DNA of 64,000 nucleotides, from NCBI GenBank assembly GCA_019058365.1, contig JAHPZE010000016.1:33670-97669 (forward strand). The letters are read 5' to 3'. The notes under the pieces are model-generated. The model had not been told where the DNA came from. It saw nothing but the letters and a program-made list of their open reading frames with translations, and made no database searches. Positions 30,952-41,657 of the stretch are shown one piece after another. How positions within the stretch are numbered: the stretch's first letter is position 1; each line of letters begins with the position of its first letter. Both the position numbers and the translations under genes were made by a program. The DNA comes from Promethearchaeota archaeon. GTDB lineage: Archaea; Asgardarchaeota; Lokiarchaeia; Sigyniarchaeales; SOKP01.

Positions 30952-31091
30952 TTAAATCACTCGTTCAATTAATTTTGTTTAATTCTGTTTTTAATGCAAT
31001 ATTTATCAAAAGTATACAATAATATTTTTTTATTTAATTTTATTTGTTATTAATTTATATAAATAATAACAACTCATTTTAAATTTTTACA

Positions 31092-31547
31092 TTGCGATTT
31101 ATAGTTCAAGATATAAACAATATGGTTTTTTGTCAGAGCTGTTGCATGAATGTGTTTCCTACTCGACCGAGATTTAATATTAGAATATTTGGAATTTTTG
31201 CAATATTAATGGTGATTATATTTACCACAATTACTATAGTATCTTTTTCAATTTTATCAGAGATTTTTCTTTTTATCTATTTCATGTGGGGTTTTTTGAT
31301 AATCAATCCCTATCTTATATATTATGGTTTACAGAAGAAAAATTATTGTCCAAGATGTTTTGATAAAACTTCTGAAAGAAACCTGGAGTATAAACCCTTT
31401 GGAGAAAAAGAACCTGAAATTTATAAAGTTTTAGCTCCTTCTCAAAAATCCATAATAAAATGGCATTGTCCCCATTGCGGTAATTCTTTAAATGAAGGGG
31501 CAGTATTTTGTGGGACATGCGGGAAAAAGTTTGAGATTCAACGGTAA
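31092..31547 (+). CDS. membrane protein with zinc-ribbon motifs (LITAF-like CxxC-hydrophobic-CxxC arrangement plus a double zinc ribbon)
   Basis: CQSC - two TM segments - CPRC, then CPHC...CGTC. The likely start is ATG 31122. Confidence 0.7.
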   Translation: MRFIVQDINNMVFCQSCCMNVFPTRPRFNIRIFGIFAILMVIIFTTITIVSFSILSEIFLFIYFMWGFLIINPYLIYYGLQKKNYCPRCFDKTSERNLEYKPFGEKEPEIYKVLAPSQKSIIKWHCPHCGNSLNEGAVFCGTCGKKFEIQR

Positions 31548-31555
31548 TTAAAATC

Positions 31556-32047
31556 ATGGATATTTTAAAAAGAATAGAAAAACTCATTAGTGATTTTTCA
31601 GAGCAAAATTTAAAGATTTCTATTGCTGAAAGCTGTACGGGTGGTTTTATATCACATATGTTTACTAATATTTCTGGCGCATCAAAAGTCTTCGAAAGAG
31701 GAATTATTTGTTATAGCAATCAAGCAAAAATAGATCTACTCAATGTAGATCCAAGAACAATAGAGGAATTTGGTGCAGTATCAGAAAATGTTGTAAAAGA
31801 ACTAGCTAACAATATAAGAATTCTCTCTAATGTTGAAATTGGAATTGGAATTAGTGGTATTGCAGGTCCAACTGGAGGGACGTCAGAAAAACCCGTAGGA
31901 CTTGTATTTATAGGCATCTCAACTGAAGAAGAGACTACTGTTCTGGAATATAATTTCAAAACAGATCGTATTACATTTAAAAAAAGAGTTCTAGATAAAA
32001 TTATTCAATTTTTAGAAGAATTTTTTCAGGCAGAATTCATTATGTAA
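31556..32047 (+). CDS. pncC: CinA C-terminal / nicotinamide mononucleotide deamidase
   Basis: AESCTGG, SGAS, YSNQAK, GAVS, GISGIAGPTGG..KPVGLV. Confidence 0.92.
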   Translation: MDILKRIEKLISDFSEQNLKISIAESCTGGFISHMFTNISGASKVFERGIICYSNQAKIDLLNVDPRTIEEFGAVSENVVKELANNIRILSNVEIGIGISGIAGPTGGTSEKPVGLVFIGISTEEETTVLEYNFKTDRITFKKRVLDKIIQFLEEFFQAEFIM

Positions 32048-32061
32048 TAAATTAATAATAG

Positions 32062-33249
32062 TTATTCATCAATCAATTTTCCATTCTCCATTATTTCTTT
32101 TTTAGAACCATCCATATATTCGACTGTTATGTTAGCTTTTGGTTCAGTAACAAAATCCCAATGCATTTGAGATCTTGATGTTCCTCCAAAAAATTTATTG
32201 GATCCAAAAGCAACATGAACACTTCCATTAATTTTTTCATCTGTAAGAATATATCCAATTGCTTTATTTATAACAGGATTACATCCAATACCTAGTTCAG
32301 CAACGTTATAAGTCCTTAATTCTGGTACTTTATCTTCTCTATCGATCTTTTCACTTTGTTTAAAAGCCTCAATTAAGAGATCTAAGCCATTATCAACAGA
32401 CACCTTATTTATCAATAATTTACCATCCTTAAAACTAAGTTCTATATTTTTTAAAATTTTATTAGAATATCTCTCAATTGTTAATGGACAAAAAATCTTG
32501 CCTTCTCCTTGTTTTTCATTCGGAGGAATAAACACCTCACCAGCAGGTAAATTGCCTCCTAAATCACCTAAAGTAATTTGTTCGTCAGAAAGTAATCCAT
32601 CATCGAGAATTTTAGGTCGATTTTCTATGGAGACCCAAAAATCCGTACCAAAATCATCTTTCACATATACTTTCTTAGCATTTTCGAAAAACTTTCCTAA
32701 ATTCTTAGTGATATTAGTTAATTCTTCTGATGGAATGCTCATACCATCAACAATGAATTTTTCGAATAGATCATAATCAATATTATAGAAATTTGCGGCT
32801 TTCTTTGAAGGCCAAGCGGCATAACACCATTTTTTCCCTGGTGCATATTCTTCCTTGAACCCATATAATATTTCTTTTAATGGTGCAACTGATTTCTGAT
32901 AAGCGTTAAGTTTTTCTTCTGGTGCATTATTACGAATCATAGGATCTTCGGGATACTCAATTACTATGTAAGCATCGATTTTTTTAATCATTTCCAGATA
33001 ATGTAGCGGCGGTTTTTGTAATGTTTTTACTTTAATTTGATTATCTTGCCACATTGATTCCTCAAAATAATCACTTACAGACGTAATATGTGGAATTCCT
33101 CCTTTTCTAAGAACACTTAAACCTATTTCTTCTAGGAGATCCTGGCAATAGATAGCACCTTTTATAAGGATGAATTCGCCTTCTTTTTTTATGTTTACAC
33201 TTTTGGTAATATTTTCAGCACATAACTTAATTTTTTCTTTAGTAATCAT
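32062..33249 (-). CDS. M29-family (AmpS/AmpT-like) aminopeptidase
   Basis: NLPAGEVF, AELGIG, DEKINGSVHVAFG and SQMHWD. Confidence 0.9.
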   Translation of the reverse strand: MITKEKIKLCAENITKSVNIKKEGEFILIKGAIYCQDLLEEIGLSVLRKGGIPHITSVSDYFEESMWQDNQIKVKTLQKPPLHYLEMIKKIDAYIVIEYPEDPMIRNNAPEEKLNAYQKSVAPLKEILYGFKEEYAPGKKWCYAAWPSKKAANFYNIDYDLFEKFIVDGMSIPSEELTNITKNLGKFFENAKKVYVKDDFGTDFWVSIENRPKILDDGLLSDEQITLGDLGGNLPAGEVFIPPNEKQGEGKIFCPLTIERYSNKILKNIELSFKDGKLLINKVSVDNGLDLLIEAFKQSEKIDREDKVPELRTYNVAELGIGCNPVINKAIGYILTDEKINGSVHVAFGSNKFFGGTSRSQMHWDFVTEPKANITVEYMDGSKKEIMENGKLIDE

Positions 33250-33425
33250 AAATAAAAGAAATTTTAGATAAATAATATTTTTTATTAAATATATAAAGTT
33301 AAATCAATTAGGAAAATAATCAAAGGATTTATTATATAAAATTATTATAATAAAAATATTGAATTGAAAACAAATATAGTAGATAATACTCAAAAACTAA
33401 ATTAATAAATTTAAAATACTTAAAA

Positions 33426-33887
33426 ATGGTTGTTCGAGAAGCAGGCTTGTTATTCAGAGGATTTACTTTAGTAAAAAAGAGTTATCATAAAACATCAAAA
33501 GGAAAAATAGATACTGATTTGAGAAGTGGTCTGCTTACAGCTATTTTAAATTTTGCTCAATCAACTTTTTCTAAAGATATAGTGGAATATTTTGAAGGAA
33601 AGAAATTCTTAATTGCCTTTACTGAAGATGAAATTACTGCTGAAGATAGCTTTGAACCAGAATTAATAATTTCTTATGCTATTTTAGACAAAGAAAAAAA
33701 AATTGAAAGATACATTCGTAAAATTATTCAACCATTATTGAAACAAGTAACTAAAGAATTTAAGACACTGAATTCTGGAAAGAATCTATCTGAAGTATCT
33801 CAATTTAAGGTTTTTAAACAAAATCTTGATACAATTTTTGGAACCGATACACAAACCATTGATCAAAAGCTAAGAGGTATATTTTAG
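33426..33887 (+). CDS. Asgard longin-like hypothetical protein
   Basis: VREAGLLFRG..LV...DLRSGLLTAILNFAQ...ISYAILD. Paralogous to 56003-56464. Confidence 0.55.
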   Translation: MVVREAGLLFRGFTLVKKSYHKTSKGKIDTDLRSGLLTAILNFAQSTFSKDIVEYFEGKKFLIAFTEDEITAEDSFEPELIISYAILDKEKKIERYIRKIIQPLLKQVTKEFKTLNSGKNLSEVSQFKVFKQNLDTIFGTDTQTIDQKLRGIF

Positions 33888-34849
33888 TATTTCACTTTAT
33901 TTCTAGTTTTTTTTAAAAACCACAATATAATAGGTAAAGCAATTGTAGCATCGGAAATAAGTGTTGAATGTTTAGCAGTTTCGTGTATTTTCCCCCATGA
34001 AATAGCTTCTTTTAAAGTAGCACCACTCAATCCTCCAGGCTCAGGTCGATCCATTGTAATTTGAATAGCATAGGTAGCAGAATTCGGACTAAATTGTAAT
34101 GATTGCAATATAAAATTCTTTGGAACACCTCCTCCAATAATACATACACCTGCAATCTTCGCATCCCATGCTAAATTTACCATTTCTAGCATATCTGTAA
34201 AATGATTTAAATTCAGTTTTTGATGGTGAAATCCTAATTGTAATGCTAAACCTGAATCTGTAAAGGCAGGACAAAAAATTGGTATTTGCATCTCAGAACA
34301 TATCCTCAGAATTGAACAAGAATCCTTAGGTAATTGATCTCCGAGGAATCTTAAAAAAGAACTTACAGACATCTGATTATCGGGTATTTCTAATTCTGAC
34401 ACAAAATCTTCAATGCCTTCATATACTTTATTTGGCATATAAATATCATAAATTCTGTTAATTTCTTCTCTATGTAAATCTTTATCATCAATTTCTTTTG
34501 ATTCAAAATCTCCTTGTAAATGATGATATCCCAAAGCTTCTGCGAGATCATGAGTTAAATTAGCACCAGTAGTTACTAATATATCAATATACCCTTCTTT
34601 TATAAAATCGTAAATTACTTTTTGCATTCCAGCCGGAACGAGTGCACCTGCTAATCCAAAGAATTTAACACAATCAGAATTTTTTATCATTTCATCGTAG
34701 ATTTCACAAGCTAAAGCTAATCTTTTTGCATTAAATCCCGTATCTTTTAGGGAATTTATCAATTCAACAATATCTGTATTATCTTTTATTTCGAATTGAT
34801 TTACTTTGTTCAAAATTTTTCTAAAATCTTTCTCTGACATTAAAATCAT
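33884..34849 (-). CDS. dys: deoxyhypusine synthase
   Basis: GFNAKRL, VTTGANLTHD, NRIYD, PAFTDSG, GGGVPKN, GGLSGATLKEAISWGK (catalytic Lys) and DATIALP. Confidence 0.95.
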   Translation of the reverse strand: MILMSEKDFRKILNKVNQFEIKDNTDIVELINSLKDTGFNAKRLALACEIYDEMIKNSDCVKFFGLAGALVPAGMQKVIYDFIKEGYIDILVTTGANLTHDLAEALGYHHLQGDFESKEIDDKDLHREEINRIYDIYMPNKVYEGIEDFVSELEIPDNQMSVSSFLRFLGDQLPKDSCSILRICSEMQIPIFCPAFTDSGLALQLGFHHQKLNLNHFTDMLEMVNLAWDAKIAGVCIIGGGVPKNFILQSLQFSPNSATYAIQITMDRPEPGGLSGATLKEAISWGKIHETAKHSTLISDATIALPIILWFLKKTRNKVKY

Positions 34850-34852
34850 TAC

Positions 34853-35752
34853 CTATTGTTTATTTGCTATAAAAGAAATAAGTTCTATAATCAATTTCGC
34901 AGCTAAATTACATGTCATTTTATTTTCTAAATCTAAATTGGGTGCAACCTCAACAAGATCAAATCCTATTACTTTAAAATTTTCGGTTATTTTCTTCAAT
35001 ATTTGCCATAATTCACGATAAGAAAGTCCACCTGGCATTGCAAAACCAGTACCTGGAGCAATGGAGGGGTCTAAAGCATCAATATCTATAGAAATGTACA
35101 AATACTTAATTCCTGAATTTTTAAAAAAATCGATTATTTGTTCAGTATATTTATTAAGTCCTTCTATTAACTGATAGGCATTAAGATATTCTAGTTCCTC
35201 TTGTTCTGCTAGTTCTAATTCAGGAATATCAATATCTCGAACTCCAACAATGAAAAGATTCTTATTATTAATATAATCTAAATCATATAACCTATGCGTT
35301 AAAGTTGCATGTGAATACACACCTTTATCCCATTCTTGGTAAAAATCTAAGTGTGCATCAAAGATGAGTACTCCGAATTCTTCTTTCTTGCTAAAATGAT
35401 CCCCTACAGATTTTGTTACGGGAAAAGAACAAAAATGGTCTCCTCCTATCATAATAGGAATAATATTCCCATTCTTGATGTATAAATCATTAATATAATT
35501 CTTGACTACTTTGAGATTTTGTTCCACATCGTATTTTTTAATAGGAATATCTCCTACGTCAGCTACTTTAAACTTATTGATATGATTTCCTAGTTCTGTT
35601 GTCCATCCAATATCGTTTGTCACATTTCTAATTCTTTCAGGAGCGATTGATGAATTAGGTAATTTGATTGAAGTTAAATAGTCCCAAGGTATACCAAAAA
35701 TTACAAATTGAGTATCCTTATTGATAATATCGCCAAATTCGAAAAATTTCAT
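34853..35752 (-). CDS. speB: agmatinase (arginase family)
   Basis: GGDH, DAHLD, SHAT, SIDIDALDPSIAPGTG and DLVEVAP. Confidence 0.9.
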   Translation of the reverse strand: MKFFEFGDIINKDTQFVIFGIPWDYLTSIKLPNSSIAPERIRNVTNDIGWTTELGNHINKFKVADVGDIPIKKYDVEQNLKVVKNYINDLYIKNGNIIPIMIGGDHFCSFPVTKSVGDHFSKKEEFGVLIFDAHLDFYQEWDKGVYSHATLTHRLYDLDYINNKNLFIVGVRDIDIPELELAEQEELEYLNAYQLIEGLNKYTEQIIDFFKNSGIKYLYISIDIDALDPSIAPGTGFAMPGGLSYRELWQILKKITENFKVIGFDLVEVAPNLDLENKMTCNLAAKLIIELISFIANKQ

Positions 35753-35782
35753 TTCATATTTTCTCCTTTTTAGTTATATATC

Positions 35783-37498
35783 TTACATCTTATCTAAGGT
35801 CTTAATTCCTAAGATATTTAATCCCGTTTTAATGAGAATTTGAACACAATATATTAGCAACAGTCTTGCTTTTTCTAATTCTTTATCCTCAGTAATTACT
35901 TGACAAGAAGTATAAAATGAATTGAATGCTTGACATAAACTAAGAAGGTATTGAGGGATTAAATGAATATTATATGTTTTTTCAGATGTATCAATAATTT
36001 CAGGAAAATAAACTAATTGTTTTATTAAAAATCTCTCTTTTTCATGATTTAATAAATCCCAATTAATGTCTGTACTGATTTCTCTTCCAGATTTTGAAAT
36101 AATTGACGCAATCCTAGCATAACAATATTGAATATAAGGACCTGTTTCACCTTCAAAAGAGATACTCTCATCTGGTTTAAAAATAAAACCTTTTACAGGA
36201 CTGTACTTTAAAATATAAAATATCATGGCAGCGAGACCAATTGTTTCAGCTCTTACTTTCTTTTCCTTTTCAGTTAAATCGGGATATCTTTTATTTACTT
36301 CATTAAATGCAAGTTTTTCAACTTCTTCAATGACGTCATCTCCATCGACAACCGTTCCTTCTCGACTTTTCATTTTTCCACTCGGTAAACTAATCATTCC
36401 ATAAGATAGATGATAATTATCTTCTTTAAAGCCTAGCATATCTAATATGGCAAATAACCACTTAAAATGTTGATTTTGTGGATCCCCTACTACATAAATA
36501 GATCTGTCATAATTGAAGTCTGCTTTTTTTTTATAAGCGAGATATATATCTTGAGTAATATAAATGGAAGTCCCATCACTACGGATTAAAAATTTATCAG
36601 GTAGATTATACTTTTCTTTTAATTCTACAAAAATAGCTCCGTCTTCAGCTCTTTTAAAGATTCCTTTTCTCAATCCATCGAGAATAATCTCTTTTCCTTT
36701 TAGATATAAATCAGATTCAAAATATTCTTTATCAAATGAGATGCTAAGTTTTTTAAAGGTAACCTTAAAACCGTCTAAAACCCAATTATTCATTTTTTTC
36801 CATAGATCTAAAGTATCTTTATCACCCATCTCCCATAATCTTAATAATTTATAGGCTTCTTGCTCAAGACTTGGATTTTTTTCTGTCATTTTACTATACT
36901 TTACGTAAAAGTCTCCTACAAAATGATCACTTTTTTTATCTGGTTCCTTATTATTTCCCCATTTTTTATAGGCAAGCATACTTTTACAAATATGAATACC
37001 ACGATTATTATATAAATTAACTTGAAAAACTCTATGTCCTTTATATTCAAGCAAATTAGAAAGTGATTTGCCAAGTAATATATTCCTAATATGTCCAAAA
37101 TGGAGAGGTTTATTAGTATTAGGAGAAGGATACTCAATAACTATTTTTAGTTTTTTAACGTTCTCTGATATGTCTCTTATCCGTCCATAATCACTTTTTA
37201 ATTCAAATATATTTTCAAGAATAAATTTTGGGTCAATTATAAAATTTAAGTATGGACCTGCTACGTTGATATTACTTATAAACTCTGGGAGTTTTATTTT
37301 ATCTTTTAAATCTTGAGCTATTATATTTGGTTTTTTTTTATGAAATTGTGAAAGTTTAAAACAAGGAAATGCATAAGTATAATCAAATTCCGGAGGAGGT
37401 ATTTCTATTAATGCTTCTATTTCTTCTAAATTAAGATCTGAAATAATTTCCTTCAGAATATTCGCTAATGACCTTTTATCTATAACTTTCATTTTCAA
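35783..37498 (-). CDS. argS: arginyl-tRNA synthetase
   Basis: IEYPSPNTNKPLHFGHIRN, RSDGTSIY, GKMKSREG, FEGETGPYIQY and a DALR-like C-terminus. Confidence 0.97.
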   Translation of the reverse strand: MKMKVIDKRSLANILKEIISDLNLEEIEALIEIPPPEFDYTYAFPCFKLSQFHKKKPNIIAQDLKDKIKLPEFISNINVAGPYLNFIIDPKFILENIFELKSDYGRIRDISENVKKLKIVIEYPSPNTNKPLHFGHIRNILLGKSLSNLLEYKGHRVFQVNLYNNRGIHICKSMLAYKKWGNNKEPDKKSDHFVGDFYVKYSKMTEKNPSLEQEAYKLLRLWEMGDKDTLDLWKKMNNWVLDGFKVTFKKLSISFDKEYFESDLYLKGKEIILDGLRKGIFKRAEDGAIFVELKEKYNLPDKFLIRSDGTSIYITQDIYLAYKKKADFNYDRSIYVVGDPQNQHFKWLFAILDMLGFKEDNYHLSYGMISLPSGKMKSREGTVVDGDDVIEEVEKLAFNEVNKRYPDLTEKEKKVRAETIGLAAMIFYILKYSPVKGFIFKPDESISFEGETGPYIQYCYARIASIISKSGREISTDINWDLLNHEKERFLIKQLVYFPEIIDTSEKTYNIHLIPQYLLSLCQAFNSFYTSCQVITEDKELEKARLLLIYCVQILIKTGLNILGIKTLDKM

Positions 37499-37617
37499 AA
37501 TCGGAAAAAGTTCTAAGACGTTAATTTCTAAGTTGAATGTAACTTTTATCTGTTTTGATAAATATATCTAATTTAGCTCATAAAATTTATGTATATGAAT
37601 TAAGGTTTTATTGAATT

Positions 37618-38829
37618 ATGTCATTTAAAGAAGATACAAAAAATGATTTGCCAAAATGGCCTATATATGATAAAAATGAAATAAATGCTTTATCAGATGT
37701 AATAAAATCACGTAATTGGTGGGGCGGTTTTCCTGGAGATCATCAAGGTGAAAATGTCTGGAGATTCCAAGAAGAATTTGCACAATTTCAAGAAGCTAAG
37801 CATTGTATGGCAGTGTGTAATGGAACAGTTGCTATTGAATCGGCATTAATAGCTTTAAATATTGGTATGGGAGATGAAGTAATTGTCTCAGATTATACTT
37901 TTGTAGCTTCAGCTTCAGCAGTAATAGCAACGAATGCAGTACCTATCTTTTGTGATATTGATCCCAATACTCTCGTTATGGACGTCAATAAAATCGAATC
38001 ATTAATTACAGATAGAACTAAGGCAATCATCCCTGTCCATTTGGGGGGAAATCCTGTCGAATTAGATAGATTATTAGAGATTGCTTATAAAAATGATCTA
38101 TTTATTATTGAAGACTGCGCTCACGCTCATGGCTCACGTTACAAAGGAAAAAGAGTGGGTAATTGGGGTGATGCGGGAACTTTCAGCTTTCAGGCCTCGA
38201 AAATCATAACAAGTGGAGAAGGTGGTGCGATTATTTGTAATTCTGATGATTTAGCTGATAAGATTTATTCATATATTGATTGTGGGAGAAAAAAGAATGG
38301 ATATTCTTATGCTCATTATTCTTTTGGAACTAATTACAGATTGGGTGAGCTTTATGCAGCATTACTACGGAAACAATTAGAAAAGTTCCCAGAACAACAT
38401 AAATTAAGGAACAAAAATGGTCAATATTTTGGAAATAAATTAAATGAAATTGGTGGCATCCAAACTATGAAATTAACACCTGGAACTGAAGAATGTGGTT
38501 ATTATGTATACCCAATTGTTTTTGATCTTTCACAATTCGGAAAGATAACTAAAAAAGAGTTTAATAAAAAGTTAAATAAAAATGGAATTCCAACTGACGA
38601 TTGTTATCCTCCTTTACATAGAGTAGACTGCTTTAAAAATATAAAATTAAAGAAAGGGATTGATTATGGTAATGCAAATTGGGGTAAAGAGAGAAGTTTT
38701 GACAATAATTTTCCAGTGGTTTCTGATATCTACTCAAGAAGTATAGAATTTCCTCATGAAATATTATTAGCATCAAAAAACAAACTAGATTGGATAGTAG
38801 AATATATTAAAACGTTAAAAAAAGATTAA
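37618..38829 (+). CDS. DegT/DnrJ/StrS-family sugar aminotransferase
   Basis: NGTVA, IIPVHLGG, EDCAHAHG, FSFQASKIITSGEGG and GTNYRL. Confidence 0.92.
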   Translation: MSFKEDTKNDLPKWPIYDKNEINALSDVIKSRNWWGGFPGDHQGENVWRFQEEFAQFQEAKHCMAVCNGTVAIESALIALNIGMGDEVIVSDYTFVASASAVIATNAVPIFCDIDPNTLVMDVNKIESLITDRTKAIIPVHLGGNPVELDRLLEIAYKNDLFIIEDCAHAHGSRYKGKRVGNWGDAGTFSFQASKIITSGEGGAIICNSDDLADKIYSYIDCGRKKNGYSYAHYSFGTNYRLGELYAALLRKQLEKFPEQHKLRNKNGQYFGNKLNEIGGIQTMKLTPGTEECGYYVYPIVFDLSQFGKITKKEFNKKLNKNGIPTDDCYPPLHRVDCFKNIKLKKGIDYGNANWGKERSFDNNFPVVSDIYSRSIEFPHEILLASKNKLDWIVEYIKTLKKD

Positions 38830-38912
38830 ATAATATTAATTTTATAATATTTTTAAAAAAAAGTTAAAAATTTTTAAGAAAGAATATAAATTAATTTCTT
38901 ATAGCTTAAAAT

Positions 38913-39275
38913 TTGGATGTTGGGAAAACAATGACCGAAAAAAAAGACAATTTCATGTTGAAATGGAATGATGATACAGGTCAATTTGTACCGATCGAAT
39001 CTGATGCAGACATGAATGAAGGAATTTTTATAGAATTGGTTGACGAAGCAAAATGGAGATATTTTTATATAAAAGGTGCCTCATTAATAGCTCGTCGTAC
39101 CGCGCTAAGGGCTGCTAATGGAATATCAAAAACTGGGTATGTTCACCCTAAAACAAATTTGCGATATGGTGTTGAATGCGAACTATTAGAAGAAATATCA
39201 CCATATGAAGATATGCCTAATACTCTTAGAAAATCTCAACGTTCTTGGTATAAAGGCGAGTATAAACAGTACTAA
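38913..39275 (+). CDS. hypothetical protein, possibly a divergent single gelsolin-like domain
   Basis: IFIEL....WRYFYIKGASLIARRTALRAANGI resembles the gelsolin strand-strand-long-helix core. The likely start is ATG 38931. Confidence 0.4.
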   Translation: MDVGKTMTEKKDNFMLKWNDDTGQFVPIESDADMNEGIFIELVDEAKWRYFYIKGASLIARRTALRAANGISKTGYVHPKTNLRYGVECELLEEISPYEDMPNTLRKSQRSWYKGEYKQY

Positions 39276-39336
39276 ATAAAACAATTTTGAGTTCTTTTCC
39301 TTTCTTTTTTTAAAATAAATAACACTTAAAAATTAA

Positions 39337-40383
39337 TTATTGGGTCACTTCTTCTACTCTTTTAGTTTCAGAACTTTTATACATTGAATCTACAATTTGA
39401 AGTATTTTTTGACCATACTTGCCGTCCGTCAATGGCTTTTTATTTTGATTTATACAATCAATAAAGTGACTGATTTCTTGCTGATAACCAAAAGACCATG
39501 ATTCTTCTGGAACTGGAAATGTCCATCCTTTAGTTGTTGAGGCTTTTTCAACAGCGTATCCATAACCTTTTTCACTATAGACACTAATTAAATTACTATA
39601 AGTCGGTGCTACCTTAATTTGACCTTTAGTTCCAAATAATTCAAATTTCATATCATAACCCCCTGGAGCTGTCCATGATTCCTCTATAACAACTTGAGCA
39701 TCGTTTTCAAAATATAATATTCCCACAACATTATCTTCAACTTCACATTTGCCAAATTTTTCCCTCTGGGAAATAAGAGTTTTGGTTTGGCAAAATACTT
39801 CTGAAACATCACAATTCAAGTACCATACTAAACATGCAATATCATGAATGCCTAAATCTATCAAAACTCCCCCTCCTGCTTTTGCTTTTTTATAAAACCA
39901 CTCAGAATGAGGTCCTGAATGTTGTTCTTTTCCTCTTCCCATATAAATTGTTCCAAGAGCGTCCTCATCAATAATTTCTTTTACCCTGCTAAATGATGGA
40001 GCATACATGGTATTTTCACAATAAAAAATCTTTCGGTTAGATGATTTCTCTGCGTCTAACATATCTTCTCCCTCGTTTATATTTTTTGCTAATGGTTTTT
40101 CAACAAGGGCATGTGTTCCGGAATTTAAGATGTCTATAGTAACATCTCTATGCAAATGGTTAGGAAGACACACAGAAATTGCGTCACATTCCAATTTCAA
40201 CAAATCTTTATAATCTCCAAACGGTTTACCTGGAATATTGAACTTTTTTATAAAGCTTTTTGCTTTTTCTAAAGAGGATGCAGCGATTCCAACAATTTCT
40301 ACATTTGGTACTAAACTATAAGCATAAAAATGATCTTTTGCACTAAAACCAGAACCAATTATGCCTACCTTAACTTTCTCCAT
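39337..40383 (-). CDS. Gfo/Idh/MocA oxidoreductase
   Basis: GIIGSG, PNHLH, VEKP and GGGVLIDLGIHD. Confidence 0.92.
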   Translation of the reverse strand: MEKVKVGIIGSGFSAKDHFYAYSLVPNVEIVGIAASSLEKAKSFIKKFNIPGKPFGDYKDLLKLECDAISVCLPNHLHRDVTIDILNSGTHALVEKPLAKNINEGEDMLDAEKSSNRKIFYCENTMYAPSFSRVKEIIDEDALGTIYMGRGKEQHSGPHSEWFYKKAKAGGGVLIDLGIHDIACLVWYLNCDVSEVFCQTKTLISQREKFGKCEVEDNVVGILYFENDAQVVIEESWTAPGGYDMKFELFGTKGQIKVAPTYSNLISVYSEKGYGYAVEKASTTKGWTFPVPEESWSFGYQQEISHFIDCINQNKKPLTDGKYGQKILQIVDSMYKSSETKRVEEVTQ

Positions 40384-40445
40384 TTTAAAATATCATTTAA
40401 AATAATATGAAATACACTTGATAATCTAATAATTTAATGTGAAGT

Positions 40446-41561
40446 TTAAGTTTTGTTCCAAAATTCTAATGGAGATAAAAATTCTTTAATTTTAGAAAAA
40501 GGACACACCATAATACAATTTCCACAATCACTGGAATTTTCAACCCAAAATTCAAAACATTTTTCTACATCAACATAATATTTTTTAACTCCGGGATTAT
40601 TAGAAATTGTGGCTGGTGTAAAGGTTGGATTCTCTTCTTTTGAAATTGCATTATTTTCACAAGCTTCAGCGCATTTAAAACAGTTTTTACAATAATCCTT
40701 AATTTTTTCAATGAATTCTAGGTGTGGCTGATCAGAGGTTAATGGTAAATCCGTAAAAACCTTACATATACGTACTCTTGAACCAAATTCAGGAGTAAGC
40801 AGTAACCCATTTCTACCTAAAGCACCAAGTCCAGCATCAATTGCTAATGGTATACTAAGCGCAGTATCATTACCGCATTGAATCGCTCTATATCCTAAAT
40901 TTCTAATAAATTCACCTAGACATGAGATAATAAATGCCATTTTTGAATACGCGATTGCAGAGGCTGCAGCTGCGGGTTGAGCTGGGGCTGTCGAAATTGC
41001 ATCTTCATCCATTTCCACACCCATTACTATCACTTTATCTATTCCCTCTGGTAATTCTATAGGTTGATCGTATATTGAATCTGCAGCTTTTCCTTCACGA
41101 ACTCCTTTTTTTGCTTCAGCTTCACTAATTTCATTAGGTCTCTTAAATCCTGTTTTGTAAATCCATTTTTCATTAACATCCGCAATACCTACTAAAGAAG
41201 CTCCATAAAATTTTGCTGCTTTTTTAATAGCTTTCGTGAAGCTTTCTGAATTTTCAATAATATGTTTAGATTTCATCCAATTTACTCCATAACCAATATC
41301 TATCAAGTCTTTCCTTTCCCATGTGAAAGCATTAGGAAATCTTTCATATACAGTCCAACCAGCCGCAACTAAAGCGAAATCTACTCTTGAATACCCCTCT
41401 TTTTTTGATTCTATATGTTTTTCGATATTAGTATCAATCATTTTTTGGTAAGTGGCTAAAGTGTTATCCCACAATCTTCTAAATAACATGTTATTTTTTT
41501 GCTTAAATCGTTTGTAAACCGTTTCATCTATCTCATAAGGATTCTTTTTTTCTCTGAGCAT
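40446..41561 (-). CDS. rdhA: reductive dehalogenase-like cobalamin/Fe-S protein without a Tat signal
   Basis: YKRFKQKN, KKAAKFYGASLVGIA, PLAIDAGLGALGRNGLL.TPEFGSRVR..KVFTDLP, CxxCxxCxxxC and C..FW....CGNC..VCPF. Confidence 0.82.
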   Translation of the reverse strand: MLREKKNPYEIDETVYKRFKQKNNMLFRRLWDNTLATYQKMIDTNIEKHIESKKEGYSRVDFALVAAGWTVYERFPNAFTWERKDLIDIGYGVNWMKSKHIIENSESFTKAIKKAAKFYGASLVGIADVNEKWIYKTGFKRPNEISEAEAKKGVREGKAADSIYDQPIELPEGIDKVIVMGVEMDEDAISTAPAQPAAAASAIAYSKMAFIISCLGEFIRNLGYRAIQCGNDTALSIPLAIDAGLGALGRNGLLLTPEFGSRVRICKVFTDLPLTSDQPHLEFIEKIKDYCKNCFKCAEACENNAISKEENPTFTPATISNNPGVKKYYVDVEKCFEFWVENSSDCGNCIMVCPFSKIKEFLSPLEFWNKT

Positions 41562-41657
41562 ATTCTTATAGCAACTTTATACTATTAACTGATGTATAAA
41601 ATTAATGTAAACTAAAGTAAAAAATAAGTAAAATAATTTAATTTTTGAGATTTGTTA

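Noticed and set aside
37499-37617. Arg-rich leader peptide upstream of argS
   Set aside because: The short spacer holds only ATG AGC TAA on the minus strand, with no Arg codon cluster.
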